Below, one piece after another: positions 52,071-61,820 of a DNA stretch of 64,000 nt. Position numbers and translations under genes: made by a program. Position 1 is the stretch's first letter; the number at the start of each line of letters is the position of its first letter. Location: positions 9,883 to 73,882 of the forward strand of contig CACWUH010000001.1 of NCBI GenBank assembly GCA_902764015.1, written 5' to 3'. A model generated the notes under the pieces. That model was given only the letters and a program-made list of their open reading frames with translations, was not told the DNA's origin and made no database searches. The stretch comes from an uncultured Methanobrevibacter sp. GTDB taxonomy: Archaea; Methanobacteriota; Methanobacteria; Methanobacteriales; Methanobacteriaceae.

Positions 52071-53372
52071 ATGAATAATACTATTTTAATCAAGAACGCA
52101 TTAATTTTAAGTCCAAGTTATTTTGAAAACAAGAAACAATCCATTTTAATCAAAGACGATTTGATTGCCGAAATTTCCGATGAAATCGATGAGGATAATG
52201 TTGATAAAGTCATCGATGCCGAAGGCAAAATCCTGCTTCCAGGATTAATCAACACTCACACTCACTTGTCAATGGCACTGTTCAGAGGCCTTGCAGACGA
52301 TTTGAGCCTGGACAGCTGGCTTAACGATCATATATGGCCGATGGAAGCAAACTTAAACGGCGATTACTGCTATATCGGCGCCCTTTTGGGAGCGGTTGAG
52401 CTCATCAAGTCAGGTACAACAACATTTTCCGACATGTACTTCTACATGGAAGATGTTGCCCGTGCAGTCGATGATGCAGGAATCAGGGCGGTTCTGTCAT
52501 ATGGAATGATAGACTTTGGAGATGCCGAGAAAAGGGAAAATGAAATTAAGGAGAATCTGGCATTGTATGAGGCATGCAACGGAATGGCTGACGGCAGAAT
52601 CAAGGTATTTTTCGGTCCTCACTCACCGTACACCGCTTCAGAGGAACTTTTAGTCAAGGTTCGTGAATTGGCTGACAAATATGGTATGGGAATCCACATA
52701 CATGTTTCAGAAACCCAGAAGGAAATCAATGACAGCCTCGATGAAAAGGGCTTAAGGCCATTTGAATATCTCGAAAAGATAGGATTTTTGGGTCCCGATG
52801 TCGTAGCGGCACACTGCGTATGGCTGAGCGATGCAGAAATAGAGATAATCAAGAAGCATGGTGTCAAGGTTTCACACAATCCTTGCAGCAACATGAAGCT
52901 GGCTTCAGGTGTTTCGCCGGTTTCCAAACTGATTGAAAACGACATTTGTGTGGCTATCGGTACCGATGGCGCTTCCTCAAACAATAATCTCGATTTGATT
53001 GAGGAACTGAAAACTGCCAGCCTGCTTCAGAAGGTTTCAACCCTTGATCCTAAGGTATTGGATTCAGATGAAGCAATTGAGATGGCTACCATAAAGGGAG
53101 CTGAGGCATTAGGCCTGGGTGATGAGATAGGTTCAATTGAAGTCGGCAAAAAGGCTGACATAATCTTGATTGACACCAACAGTGCCAACATGGTTCCGGA
53201 CAGTTCATCATTGTCTTCCAATGTTATTTACTCAGCAAACGGTTCAAACGTCGATACCACCATCTGCAACGGTAAGGTATTGATGGAAAACAGGAAATTG
53301 ACCGTATTGGATGAGGATGAAATCTATGCAAAGGCCAAACAGGCCATAAAAGAATTAAAAGAAGCTATCTAG
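52071..53372 (+). CDS. 5'-deoxyadenosine/methylthioadenosine deaminase (amidohydrolase)
   Basis: NTHTH, HIHVSE, AHCV, GTDG.SSNN motifs. Confidence 0.85.
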   Translation: MNNTILIKNALILSPSYFENKKQSILIKDDLIAEISDEIDEDNVDKVIDAEGKILLPGLINTHTHLSMALFRGLADDLSLDSWLNDHIWPMEANLNGDYCYIGALLGAVELIKSGTTTFSDMYFYMEDVARAVDDAGIRAVLSYGMIDFGDAEKRENEIKENLALYEACNGMADGRIKVFFGPHSPYTASEELLVKVRELADKYGMGIHIHVSETQKEINDSLDEKGLRPFEYLEKIGFLGPDVVAAHCVWLSDAEIEIIKKHGVKVSHNPCSNMKLASGVSPVSKLIENDICVAIGTDGASSNNNLDLIEELKTASLLQKVSTLDPKVLDSDEAIEMATIKGAEALGLGDEIGSIEVGKKADIILIDTNSANMVPDSSSLSSNVIYSANGSNVDTTICNGKVLMENRKLTVLDEDEIYAKAKQAIKELKEAI

Positions 53373-55008
53373 CTTCAAATTCTATTTTATTTTTACTTAT
53401 TACTATACTCTTTTTCCACTCGTCTTTTGTTTCCGGGAAATCGCTTCTGAAGTGTGCGCCACGGCTTTCCCTTCGAAGTATCGCTGATTTCACGGTCAGG
53501 ATGCAGATTTCAACCATGTTTATCACTTCAAGAGCGGTCACCAGATCAGTATTGTACTGTGTCTTGTCACTGACGTCCAGATTTTCCAAATCCTTCTGCA
53601 TTTCCTGAAGTTGCTTGAGCGCCTCGTTCAGGGTTTTTTCGTCACGCACGATAGCTACCTTTTCCCACATCAGGCTCTTGATTCTGTTTTTGAATTCCTT
53701 AGGTTTGATTGAGCCTTCCTTGATGAGACCTTCGATTCTTGAAGCTTCGGCCTGCACCTGTTCATCGTTTGTTTTTAAATCAGTGGATTTGGCAGCTTCG
53801 GATGCGCTCACACCTGCGATTTTGCCGAACACCTGCGTATCGGCCAGGGCATTTCCGCCCAGACGGTTTGCACCATGAACCCCTCCGCAGACCTCTCCGG
53901 CTCCAAAGAGGTTGTCAAGAGAACTTGATGCATCGGTATTGATTTTTAGACCGCCCATGAAATGGTGTGCAGTCGGCGCCACCTCTATCGGACCGTGCTT
54001 TATGTCAACGCCGACGTTTTCAAACTGAAGAACCATGGTTTCAAGCTTTTCGTCGATGTAGTCGTCATCCAAATGTGAAATGTCAAGGTACACTCCGCCC
54101 TTTTCGGTTCCCCTGCCCTCGATGATTTCCTGATAGATTGACCTTGCAACGACATCACGTGTGGCCAGCTCCATCTTTTCAGGGGCATATCTGCTCATGA
54201 ACCTTTCGCCTTCGCTATTTATGAGCTTTCCGCCTTCGGCCCTTACGGCCTCGGTTACAAGCACTCCCTTTTTCGATTCGGGAGCAACCATGCCTGTAGG
54301 GTGGAACTGAATCTGTTCCATGTCAACCAGTTTTGCTCCAGCACGGTAGGATATTGCATAGCCGTCTCCGTTCTTTTGGAAGGTGTTGGATGTTACAGGG
54401 TATAGTTGTCCGGCTCCTCCACTTGCTAAGATAACGGATTTTGCCTGGAAATAAATCAGGCTTGAATCCTTCAGGTTCAGTCCGGTTGCGCCGATTACCT
54501 GGTTATCGTCAGTGACCAGAGATGTAATCATTACCTCTTCGATGCATTCGATGTCTCTCCTGATGATTTCCTCCTTAAGTGCATTCAAAAGCTCGGCACC
54601 GGTTCTGTCTCCCTGATAGCAGGTTCTTCTGAAGCTCTGGCCTCCGAATGGCCTCTGGTCTATCTCGCCCGATTCCTGCCTGTCGAAGAGTGCGCCGTAG
54701 TTTTCCAAATCAACTAGCCTTTTGGGGGATTCGTTGACAAGTATTTCAACCAGTTTTTCATCGTTCAGATAGCTTCCGCCTTTCAGCGTGTCGTTGAAGT
54801 GGGCATCGATTGAGTCGTCCTTGTCGACGGTCTTGAACACCGCATTGTATCCGCCTTCCGCCATTCCGGTACATCCTGAGCGAAATGACAGTCCCTTTGA
54901 TACTATTGTTGCCTTAAGACCTGCATCATCAACTTCGATGGCTGCCCTTGAGCCTGCTCCGCCGGATCCGATTATTAGCACATCTGTAGAGATAGTTTTT
55001 ATTTCCAT
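53365..55008 (-). CDS. tfrA: Thiol:fumarate reductase (CoM/CoB) flavoprotein subunit
   Basis: GSGGAG, QFHPTG, TEAVRAEGG, HHFMGG, HGANRLGGN motifs in a methanogen context. Confidence 0.88.
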   Translation of the reverse strand: MEIKTISTDVLIIGSGGAGSRAAIEVDDAGLKATIVSKGLSFRSGCTGMAEGGYNAVFKTVDKDDSIDAHFNDTLKGGSYLNDEKLVEILVNESPKRLVDLENYGALFDRQESGEIDQRPFGGQSFRRTCYQGDRTGAELLNALKEEIIRRDIECIEEVMITSLVTDDNQVIGATGLNLKDSSLIYFQAKSVILASGGAGQLYPVTSNTFQKNGDGYAISYRAGAKLVDMEQIQFHPTGMVAPESKKGVLVTEAVRAEGGKLINSEGERFMSRYAPEKMELATRDVVARSIYQEIIEGRGTEKGGVYLDISHLDDDYIDEKLETMVLQFENVGVDIKHGPIEVAPTAHHFMGGLKINTDASSSLDNLFGAGEVCGGVHGANRLGGNALADTQVFGKIAGVSASEAAKSTDLKTNDEQVQAEASRIEGLIKEGSIKPKEFKNRIKSLMWEKVAIVRDEKTLNEALKQLQEMQKDLENLDVSDKTQYNTDLVTALEVINMVEICILTVKSAILRRESRGAHFRSDFPETKDEWKKSIVISKNKIEFEAR

Positions 55009-55189
55009 TATATTACCCTGTAAAATTTTATGTTATTATCTTTAATTTTAATTGTTAATAAATTTTTTATATTTATGTAAATATTGCTCTAAACTCGTTA
55101 AATTGCTTTTATAGAATTGATAAAGCTTAAATAACCTAATAAACATATTATAATTAATTAAATTTTAAATAACAATTTAGGATTTTAAA

Positions 55190-55789
55190 ATGATTAATAA
55201 ACTAGATATTTTCAATAAATTTCATGATTATTATGATGAATTCAGAGAGGATAGGTCTAATACAATTAAAAGATTAAAAAAGTTATATCCTACACCTGCC
55301 AATTTAACAGATGACGAAAAACTGTTTATAGTAATGTGGGGTAAGGATTCATTTCCTCTTTTAAGTTATTTGAGATTAAAGTTAAATAACACAGAAAAAA
55401 CAAACAATTATTTAGAATTTTATAATCAAAATTTAAATAATGCTATTAATAAATATGATAATATTAAAATAGATTCTATCTTGCATCGAAGAGTTTTCAA
55501 TGATTTTTTCATTGAAGATGTTGGAAAAATTGGAATTTTTGAAATTCCTCTATCAATAACATTTGATTCAAACTCTAATTTGGAATTTGGGGATTTTCAT
55601 ATTACAATTTTAGCACCAATCGGCACTAATGGTGCATATATTGAAGAATTAATGCATGATGAAAGTTATTCACAACATTTAAATGAATGGTTATTCCCTC
55701 AAAAAACTCGATATAAAACATTATTTAAAGATTATGAATCAAAAGAAGCAATAATTATTATATTAGGGGATGAAAAATATGAAATTTAG
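55190..55789 (+). CDS. Putative ADP-ribosyltransferase (VIP2/C3-like fold)
   Basis: LTDDEK..., YLR, NLNNAINK, LHRR, LSIT, GTNGAYI, NEWLFP follow the R-S-E ART motif order. Confidence 0.6.
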   Translation: MINKLDIFNKFHDYYDEFREDRSNTIKRLKKLYPTPANLTDDEKLFIVMWGKDSFPLLSYLRLKLNNTEKTNNYLEFYNQNLNNAINKYDNIKIDSILHRRVFNDFFIEDVGKIGIFEIPLSITFDSNSNLEFGDFHITILAPIGTNGAYIEELMHDESYSQHLNEWLFPQKTRYKTLFKDYESKEAIIIILGDEKYEI

Positions 55790-56081
55790 AAGAGACTTGA
55801 GATATACTCTTTGTGAAGACAAATTAGAGGATTTTCACGATGATTTAATCATGTTGGATGATTGGATTCCTTTTGTCATTACAAGTAATCTGCCGCAGGA
55901 TGTCTTTTTTAAGTTGGGAAAAGATGTTGAAAACAAGGAGGAATATTCAAATAGATTGCTGCAACACAAATTGGACAATGGACAATCGGGTTTGAGTTTG
56001 GATGAGGTTTTGGAAAGGGAAATCAGTGATTTTTTGGAAAAATATTCTAAGTTTGAACCGCTATTTTCAGTCAATGAATAA
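55779..56081 (+). CDS. Small acidic hypothetical protein coupled to the ART-like gene
   Basis: GGGGA SD; overlaps the upstream stop codon; rich in D/E. Confidence 0.7.
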   Translation: MKFRRDLRYTLCEDKLEDFHDDLIMLDDWIPFVITSNLPQDVFFKLGKDVENKEEYSNRLLQHKLDNGQSGLSLDEVLEREISDFLEKYSKFEPLFSVNE

Positions 56082-56208
56082 TTTTTTAATTGATTAGATA
56101 TTCAGTATCGAAAAGTATATTTATTTTCTTAACTTACTTTTAATTAATTATTCAATTAATTATTATTATATTTTTATTATTTTCTTTAATTTAAGCAGAG
56201 GTCATTTA

Positions 56209-56583
56209 ATGAAAATCGATGGTGAAGTCAAGACAGGTTTGGGAAAGGGAGCATATTTCATATCACAGGAATTTTATTCAAGTCAGTTCAGGAAAAATTT
56301 GGGATTCGTCCCATATCCTGGAACGCTGAATGTCGTTGTAAGCGATGAATATCTCGATGAGATTAATGAAAAAAAGGACAGTTGCCAAAATATAATCAAG
56401 CCCGATGAGGGATTCGGAGCCGTAAAATATATCGAGGCCGTTTTGAATGATGAAGTCAAGGGTGCCATCGTTTTCCCGGCAAAGACCACTCACGATGAGA
56501 ACTATTTGGAATTCATTGCCGAGGCCAGGCTGAGGGATGAACTGAATCTGGAAGATGGTGATATAGTATCCATAGAATTTTGA
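56209..56583 (+). CDS. ribK: CTP-dependent riboflavin kinase
   Basis: GLGKGAYF, PYPGTLN, P.KT.H, LEFIA...LRDEL motifs. Confidence 0.9.
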   Translation: MKIDGEVKTGLGKGAYFISQEFYSSQFRKNLGFVPYPGTLNVVVSDEYLDEINEKKDSCQNIIKPDEGFGAVKYIEAVLNDEVKGAIVFPAKTTHDENYLEFIAEARLRDELNLEDGDIVSIEF

Positions 56584-56678
56584 TTTCATTCCATTAACTA
56601 TTTTATATATTAATGATATACTTTTTTTCGGCGATGACACTTTTCGCTTTTGGCTGTTTAAAAATTTGAGGTGTAATA

Positions 56679-57033
56679 ATTGAATATGATTATGGTGTAA
56701 TAGCAATTAATGCAGTAATAGCGATAGTTGTTGCTTTAATAATTGGGACAGTGCTTGCTCTTTTAAACATTGGTGAATTCAGTTTCCTAATTGCAATGCT
56801 GATTGGCGGAGCGATTATAGGTTTTTTTTGCTAATGTCAATATCGAAACCGCATTGGTTATAGGGGGTATAGCAGGTTTATTTGTATCAATACTTCAGGG
56901 AATAATAGCTCCTTTAATATTTGTTCCTGCAACGGCGGTTTTATTCCCAATAGCTGGTTATTTCATTGCATTAATAGTTTTAGGAGCATTTTGCTGTGGA
57001 GTTGCAGCATTAATCAAAGATGTTATAAATTAA
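56679..57033 (+). pseudogene. Degenerate 4-TM membrane protein gene (ATT start, frameshift in a T8 tract)
   Basis: GAGGTG SD then IEYDYGVIAINAVIA...GGAIIGFF; removing one T at 56822-56829 continues ANVNIETALVIGGIAG...KDVIN*. Confidence 0.6.
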
Positions 57034-57084
57034 TTTTCTTTTCATACCACAAAGTATTTTATACATAAGGAATATATTTGATAA

Positions 57085-57215
57085 TACGTTCTCGGGGCGG
57101 GGCGGAATTCCCCACCGGTGGTGATTTTATTAAAATAAGTCCACGAGCACAACGGAATGTGTTGATTTGGTGAGAGTCCAAAACCGACGGTGACAGTCCG
57201 GATGGAAGAGAAGAT
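57085..57215 (+). ncRNA. FMN riboswitch (RFN element)
   Basis: TTCTCGGGGCGGGGCGGAATTCCCCACCGGTGGT...AGTCCACGAGC...GATTTGGTGAGAGTCCAAAACCGACGGTGACAGTCCGGATGGAAGAGAA; upstream of ribB. Confidence 0.93.
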
Positions 57216-57268
57216 AATAGTATTTAGTTATTTTTAGCCCTGGTTCTAGTAAATAAGGAGACATTACT

Positions 57269-57952
57269 ATGAATCAAGAAACAAACTTAGACAAGGCTCT
57301 AGAAGCCATAAGAAATGGTCAATTTGTACTGGTTTTCGACGATGATGACAGGGAAGGCGAAGTCGACATGATCATCGCTTCAGAATTCGTGACCCCAAAG
57401 TCAATCGCAACCATGAGAAACGATGCAGGGGGCTTAATCTGCAATTGCCTGCACGATGATTTCTGTGAAGCTATTCACCTGCCTTTCATGGTGGACATCA
57501 TGAAGGCTGCAACCGAAAAGTATCCAGAACTTGCCAAGCTTGCACCAACTGACATCCCATATGACGAAAGGTCCTCATTTTCAGTCTGGACAAATCACAG
57601 GAAATCCTTCACCGGTGTAACCGACCATGATAGGGCAATGACAATCTCAGAAATGGCTCTCATGATGAAGGAAGAAAGGTTCGATGAGTTCGGCGCAACA
57701 TTCAGATCCCCAGGACATGTTTGCCTTTTGAGAGGCGCTGAAGGTCTTGTAAAAAACAGGCAGGGACACACCGAAATAGGCCTTGCTTTATGTGAACTTG
57801 CAGGAGTCACTCCTGTCTGTGTTGTATGTGAAATGATGGATGGTGAGACAGGCCAGGCCACATCTGTTGCCGATGCCCGCAAATACGCCGAAGAGAATGG
57901 ATTAATTCTTCTTAGAGGCGAAGACATCATTAAAGAATATTTAAAAGAATAG
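57269..57952 (+). CDS. ribB: 3,4-dihydroxy-2-butanone-4-phosphate synthase (archaeal type)
   Basis: DDDDREGEVD, GLIC, TGVTDHDRA, FRSPGHV, RQGHTE, CEM motifs. Confidence 0.95.
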   Translation: MNQETNLDKALEAIRNGQFVLVFDDDDREGEVDMIIASEFVTPKSIATMRNDAGGLICNCLHDDFCEAIHLPFMVDIMKAATEKYPELAKLAPTDIPYDERSSFSVWTNHRKSFTGVTDHDRAMTISEMALMMKEERFDEFGATFRSPGHVCLLRGAEGLVKNRQGHTEIGLALCELAGVTPVCVVCEMMDGETGQATSVADARKYAEENGLILLRGEDIIKEYLKE

Positions 57953-58369
57953 CTAAGGTGCCTCGCTGCACTTTTTGGCTATATAATTTGCAACGAATTC
58001 CATTATTTGTTGATATTTGTAGGAATTATAAATGCTGAATGAGACGTATCTACCGTCTCGCATTTGTATTTCTAAACCGTTTTTCACTTCTTTTGACTTG
58101 TTTATCGCAGCTATCTTTTTCCATGGAATTCTCAGTGTTTTACTTTTGAGGGCGTTTTCTATGTGGATTCCGTCATCCTTGAACCTCACTGTTTTAACCA
58201 GGCGGCGATTCTTGTCTGATGCTATCTGGATATCCCCGTTTTCGTCAAAGACATAATCTGGTATCAGGCATGTTGCCTTCCAGCCATGCTTCATTTTTTT
58301 CAGTACATGGGCCCGGTCCTTTTTTGTGAGCTTGACTCCCTTTTCGGGGCTCAGGTTAAGTGCCATCAA
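57953..58369 (-). CDS. Hypothetical basic protein
   Basis: 138-aa ORF overlapping the upstream stop codon by 4 nt. Confidence 0.6.
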   Translation of the reverse strand: MMALNLSPEKGVKLTKKDRAHVLKKMKHGWKATCLIPDYVFDENGDIQIASDKNRRLVKTVRFKDDGIHIENALKSKTLRIPWKKIAAINKSKEVKNGLEIQMRDGRYVSFSIYNSYKYQQIMEFVANYIAKKCSEAP

Positions 58370-59859
58370 ATCACCCTGCTTTTGATTTCATCAAACGAAT
58401 AGATTTTATTGAATTCCACTTCACGTGCCATTCCTATTATTTCATCGATGTTAAGGTTGCCTTCAACCAGATCCATTGCATATGAGGTGAAAAGCTCATA
58501 CCTTATTTCAACTTCCGGAATGAATCCTCTCATGTCCGCATTCTTTAATTTCGGAATCTTCAGAACCTTTTCGACATTCGTGTTGTTTCGAATATACGGC
58601 ACCACATTGTCGAATATATCGTCACTGTATACCTTGTTGAGCAAGACAGCCTCCACTGAAACTCCGAATTTCTCAAGCATATTTGCATGTGCTACAATGT
58701 CGATGGCTGCCGATTCGATTCCGCCCTTGTTGACGCCCGTTGCCAGTATCATCGGAATGTTTGATGACATTGCAATCTCAGCTGCGGAGTAGGGCACCCT
58801 TTCATTCAAAAGGCCGGTAAACACGCTCATGACCCCTTCGATAAGCACGATATCATAGTCCGACGAGTTGAGTTTCGCGACAGTAGATTCTATGTCACAC
58901 CATCCCAGGTGTCCGATTTTTATCGATGCGAAGTCTTCCATCTTTCCCTTTGTCAGGTAAAGTCCGGGAATGATGTCTCTAACGTCAGGCCCTACCTTTA
59001 AAAGAGCGACCTTATAGCCCCTTTTTCTGATTGCGCCTGCAAGGCCGGTGAGTATGAATGTCTTTCCCGAGTCGGATCCGTTGCTTCCAATCATCAGGTA
59101 TTTTGGCCTTTTGTTCGGCTTTATTTGAGGTATTTCTATTCCGGTGTTTATTCCGACTTCGCTTTGAAGGAATTTCTTGACATCCTTGTTTCTACTGTAG
59201 ATTTCATCAGTATCTGTAGCATCTATTTGTTCCAGTAGATTTTCTACAAGGACAGGATTTTCATCCAGAACGCCATGAATCATGGTTCCGATTACGTTGC
59301 CGTCATCGTTGCATGCCCCGGAAAAGATGTTGTAGTCGCCCTTTTCGTTGACGTCACCATAGTTCATCCTTTGAACCTGTGAGTAGAAAAGCGGCTTTGC
59401 ATCACCTTCGACCTTGCCGTAGGTGTGGGTGTGAAATCCGTCAATGTCTTCTGTCTGATTTTTGACCAAAAATGAGTTGTCAAAGACCTTTGCCTTCACC
59501 CTGTCGCTTGTGATTAGGGGAGAGAAGTTTACATCAATCAGTCCGAGACCCTCCTTGACAATCGGCACAGGAGATTTTCTGCCGATGTCTATTTGGTTTG
59601 AAAGAAGCTGAAAGCCCGCACAGATTCCGATTATCGGCTTTCCGTCATGCGCCATCTTTTTGATTTCAGTGTTCAGTCCCATGTTGATGTCATTTGACTC
59701 AATCAATGTTCCACCAGGGATGATCAATGCATCCAGTTCATCTGAAGCAGGATTGCCGTTGACGAGTCCGTTTTCCTTAACGATGTCTGTTGGAAGGTTT
59801 CCAAAGTCCTCAAATCCCGGAACGGCTCCGGTAAGATAAGCAAGTCCGATTTTTGTCAT
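58366..59859 (-). CDS. CobB/CobQ-like amidotransferase with swapped domain order (GATase N-terminal, P-loop C-terminal)
   Basis: IIPGG, GICAGFQLL, GTMIHG; then GSDSGKT, KVGPD, IEGVM, LLNK. Confidence 0.8.
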   Translation of the reverse strand: MTKIGLAYLTGAVPGFEDFGNLPTDIVKENGLVNGNPASDELDALIIPGGTLIESNDINMGLNTEIKKMAHDGKPIIGICAGFQLLSNQIDIGRKSPVPIVKEGLGLIDVNFSPLITSDRVKAKVFDNSFLVKNQTEDIDGFHTHTYGKVEGDAKPLFYSQVQRMNYGDVNEKGDYNIFSGACNDDGNVIGTMIHGVLDENPVLVENLLEQIDATDTDEIYSRNKDVKKFLQSEVGINTGIEIPQIKPNKRPKYLMIGSNGSDSGKTFILTGLAGAIRKRGYKVALLKVGPDVRDIIPGLYLTKGKMEDFASIKIGHLGWCDIESTVAKLNSSDYDIVLIEGVMSVFTGLLNERVPYSAAEIAMSSNIPMILATGVNKGGIESAAIDIVAHANMLEKFGVSVEAVLLNKVYSDDIFDNVVPYIRNNTNVEKVLKIPKLKNADMRGFIPEVEIRYELFTSYAMDLVEGNLNIDEIIGMAREVEFNKIYSFDEIKSRVI

Positions 59860-59955
59860 AGTAAATACCTCTTGTTAATCTATTGTATCTTTTTCATAAT
59901 AAAATTTTAGAGGTGCATTTCAAGTGTAAAAATTAAAAAAATAAAATGAGTTCAT

Positions 59956-60198
59956 CTATTCTTTTGATTTTAATTCGTATTTTAAAGCCTCTGAAGGGCA
60001 TTTGTCGATGATTTCTGCAATTTCACTGGCAGGGGCTTGTGAAACGTCAACCCAAGGTCTTCTTGAAACGTCAAATACCTTACTGTTCGCTCTTATGCAC
60101 TCGGTTGCATGCTCGCATAGCTCAGGATTCCAGAAAACGCAGATTTCATCATTTTCATATGCCTTATAGCCATTTTTCAATAGTTCTTCTTTGGACAT
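59956..60198 (-). CDS. YjdI-like divergent 4Fe-4S-binding protein
   Basis: CEHATEC, VF..SRRPW, CPSEAL motifs. Confidence 0.8.
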   Translation of the reverse strand: MSKEELLKNGYKAYENDEICVFWNPELCEHATECIRANSKVFDVSRRPWVDVSQAPASEIAEIIDKCPSEALKYELKSKE

Positions 60199-60331
60199 TT
60201 CTATCACCAACAATAATTTATTACAGATAATAGGCCCATTATAATATAAATCTTTTTCCACAAAACAAGTTGAGCGCAAATCTTTGAAACTTTGATAAAA
60301 GAAATTTGAAAAATAATTTAAAAAAAAGAGT

Positions 60332-61702
60332 TTATTGAGTGTTTTCGAAAACACTCATTGCTTTGATGATTTTTTCATCATCCAGCGGTTTTGCCTGAAT
60401 CTGCAGTCCGACAGGAATGCCGTCAACCTCACCGGCCGGTATGCTTGCTGCAGGAATACCTGCCAGGTTAGCGATAACTGTCAGCACATCGTAGGCATAC
60501 ATTTCCATAGGCTCCAGTTCAGCTCCGATTTCGTGAGGAAGCTTAGGAACGGTCGGGCCAACAATCAAATCAACGTTTTCAAGCATTGAGGTGATTTCCG
60601 CTCTGATGACGGATCTTGCCTTCAGGGCCTGCTTGTAGTATTTGCCGCTGAATTCGGCTTCTGCAATATGTGAACCAATCTTGATTCTTCTAAGCACTTC
60701 GTCACCGCATACCTCTTCGATTCTGGAACCGTAGTCCCTTCCGTCGTATTTTCTGGTTGCTGAGAAGAATTCCACATAGTTAATCAGGTAGTATGTAGGC
60801 AGACATAAGTCGATGTGGTCGAAGCTCACTTCAACGAGTTCGGCACCCGCATCAACCAGTTTCTTGATGGCTTTGTTCACGGTCTTGTTGATTTCATCAT
60901 CTGTAACGTCGATGAATTCCTGACATACCGCTATTTTCATGCCCTCAAGGGAAGTGTCTTCAAGAACTTCGGTGAAGTCAGGCTTATCCCAGTCAAGGGT
61001 TGTGCATTCGGTTTCGTCGTATTTTGCAATTGTATTCAATGCCAATGCGATTCCGCTCACGTCGTTTGCAAGGGGTCCAATCTGGTCAAGACTCATGGAT
61101 AAGTCCAAAAGGCCTTGCCTTGAAACCGCACCGTATGTAGGCTTGAATCCCACGACTCCGCAGTGTGATGCAGGGTTTCTGATGGATCCTCCTGTATCGG
61201 AACCGATTGATATGTCACACATTTCACCGGCAATAGCTGCTGCACATCCTCCGCTTGAACCTCCAGGGATTCTGCCCATTGCGGCCGGGTTTTGTGTAGG
61301 TCCGTAGTAGGAAGTCTCGGTTGAACTTCCTGCCGCAAATTCATCCATATTCAAAATTCCGATGATTATGCCGTCTTCGGCAAGGATTTCATCAACAACA
61401 GTTGCGTTGTAGCTTCCGTAGTAGTCTTCCAATGTCTTTGAAGCGGCGGAAATTATCATGTCTTCTACATTGATGTTAGCCTTTATTCCGAATACAAGAC
61501 CGGCCAGAGCGCCGACATCTTCGCCGTTGGCTATCTTTTCATCAATGGCTTCAGCCTGTTTCAATGCATTTTCATAGTTCAATTCAAGGAATGCATTGAT
61601 TTCGTCGTTAGTTTCATCGATAACTTTAATGAAGCCTTCCACATTTTCTTTAGCTGTCATCTCTCCACTTTTTATGGAGTTTAACTTTTCAATAACGTTC
61701 AT
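60332..61702 (-). CDS. gatA: Asp/Glu-tRNA amidotransferase subunit A
   Basis: NMDEFA.GSSTE, GGSSGG, GSDTGGSIR.PA, EVLRRI.IG motifs. Confidence 0.95.
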   Translation of the reverse strand: MNVIEKLNSIKSGEMTAKENVEGFIKVIDETNDEINAFLELNYENALKQAEAIDEKIANGEDVGALAGLVFGIKANINVEDMIISAASKTLEDYYGSYNATVVDEILAEDGIIIGILNMDEFAAGSSTETSYYGPTQNPAAMGRIPGGSSGGCAAAIAGEMCDISIGSDTGGSIRNPASHCGVVGFKPTYGAVSRQGLLDLSMSLDQIGPLANDVSGIALALNTIAKYDETECTTLDWDKPDFTEVLEDTSLEGMKIAVCQEFIDVTDDEINKTVNKAIKKLVDAGAELVEVSFDHIDLCLPTYYLINYVEFFSATRKYDGRDYGSRIEEVCGDEVLRRIKIGSHIAEAEFSGKYYKQALKARSVIRAEITSMLENVDLIVGPTVPKLPHEIGAELEPMEMYAYDVLTVIANLAGIPAASIPAGEVDGIPVGLQIQAKPLDDEKIIKAMSVFENTQ

Positions 61703-61820
61703 TAAAACACCTTAATAATCGTAAATTATAATACTATTATTTTGTTTTTCAATGCTTATATATTTAATTTCAAAATTCGAAAAATAAAATTTAATTTATA
61801 TTAAAAACATAATTAATTTC

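Noticed and set aside
56626-56660. GGCGATGACACTTTTCGC, resembling the start of a fluoride riboswitch
   Set aside because: Lacks the CGCC pairing and the downstream GCTGATG..CTAC pseudoknot segment; no crcB/eriC gene follows
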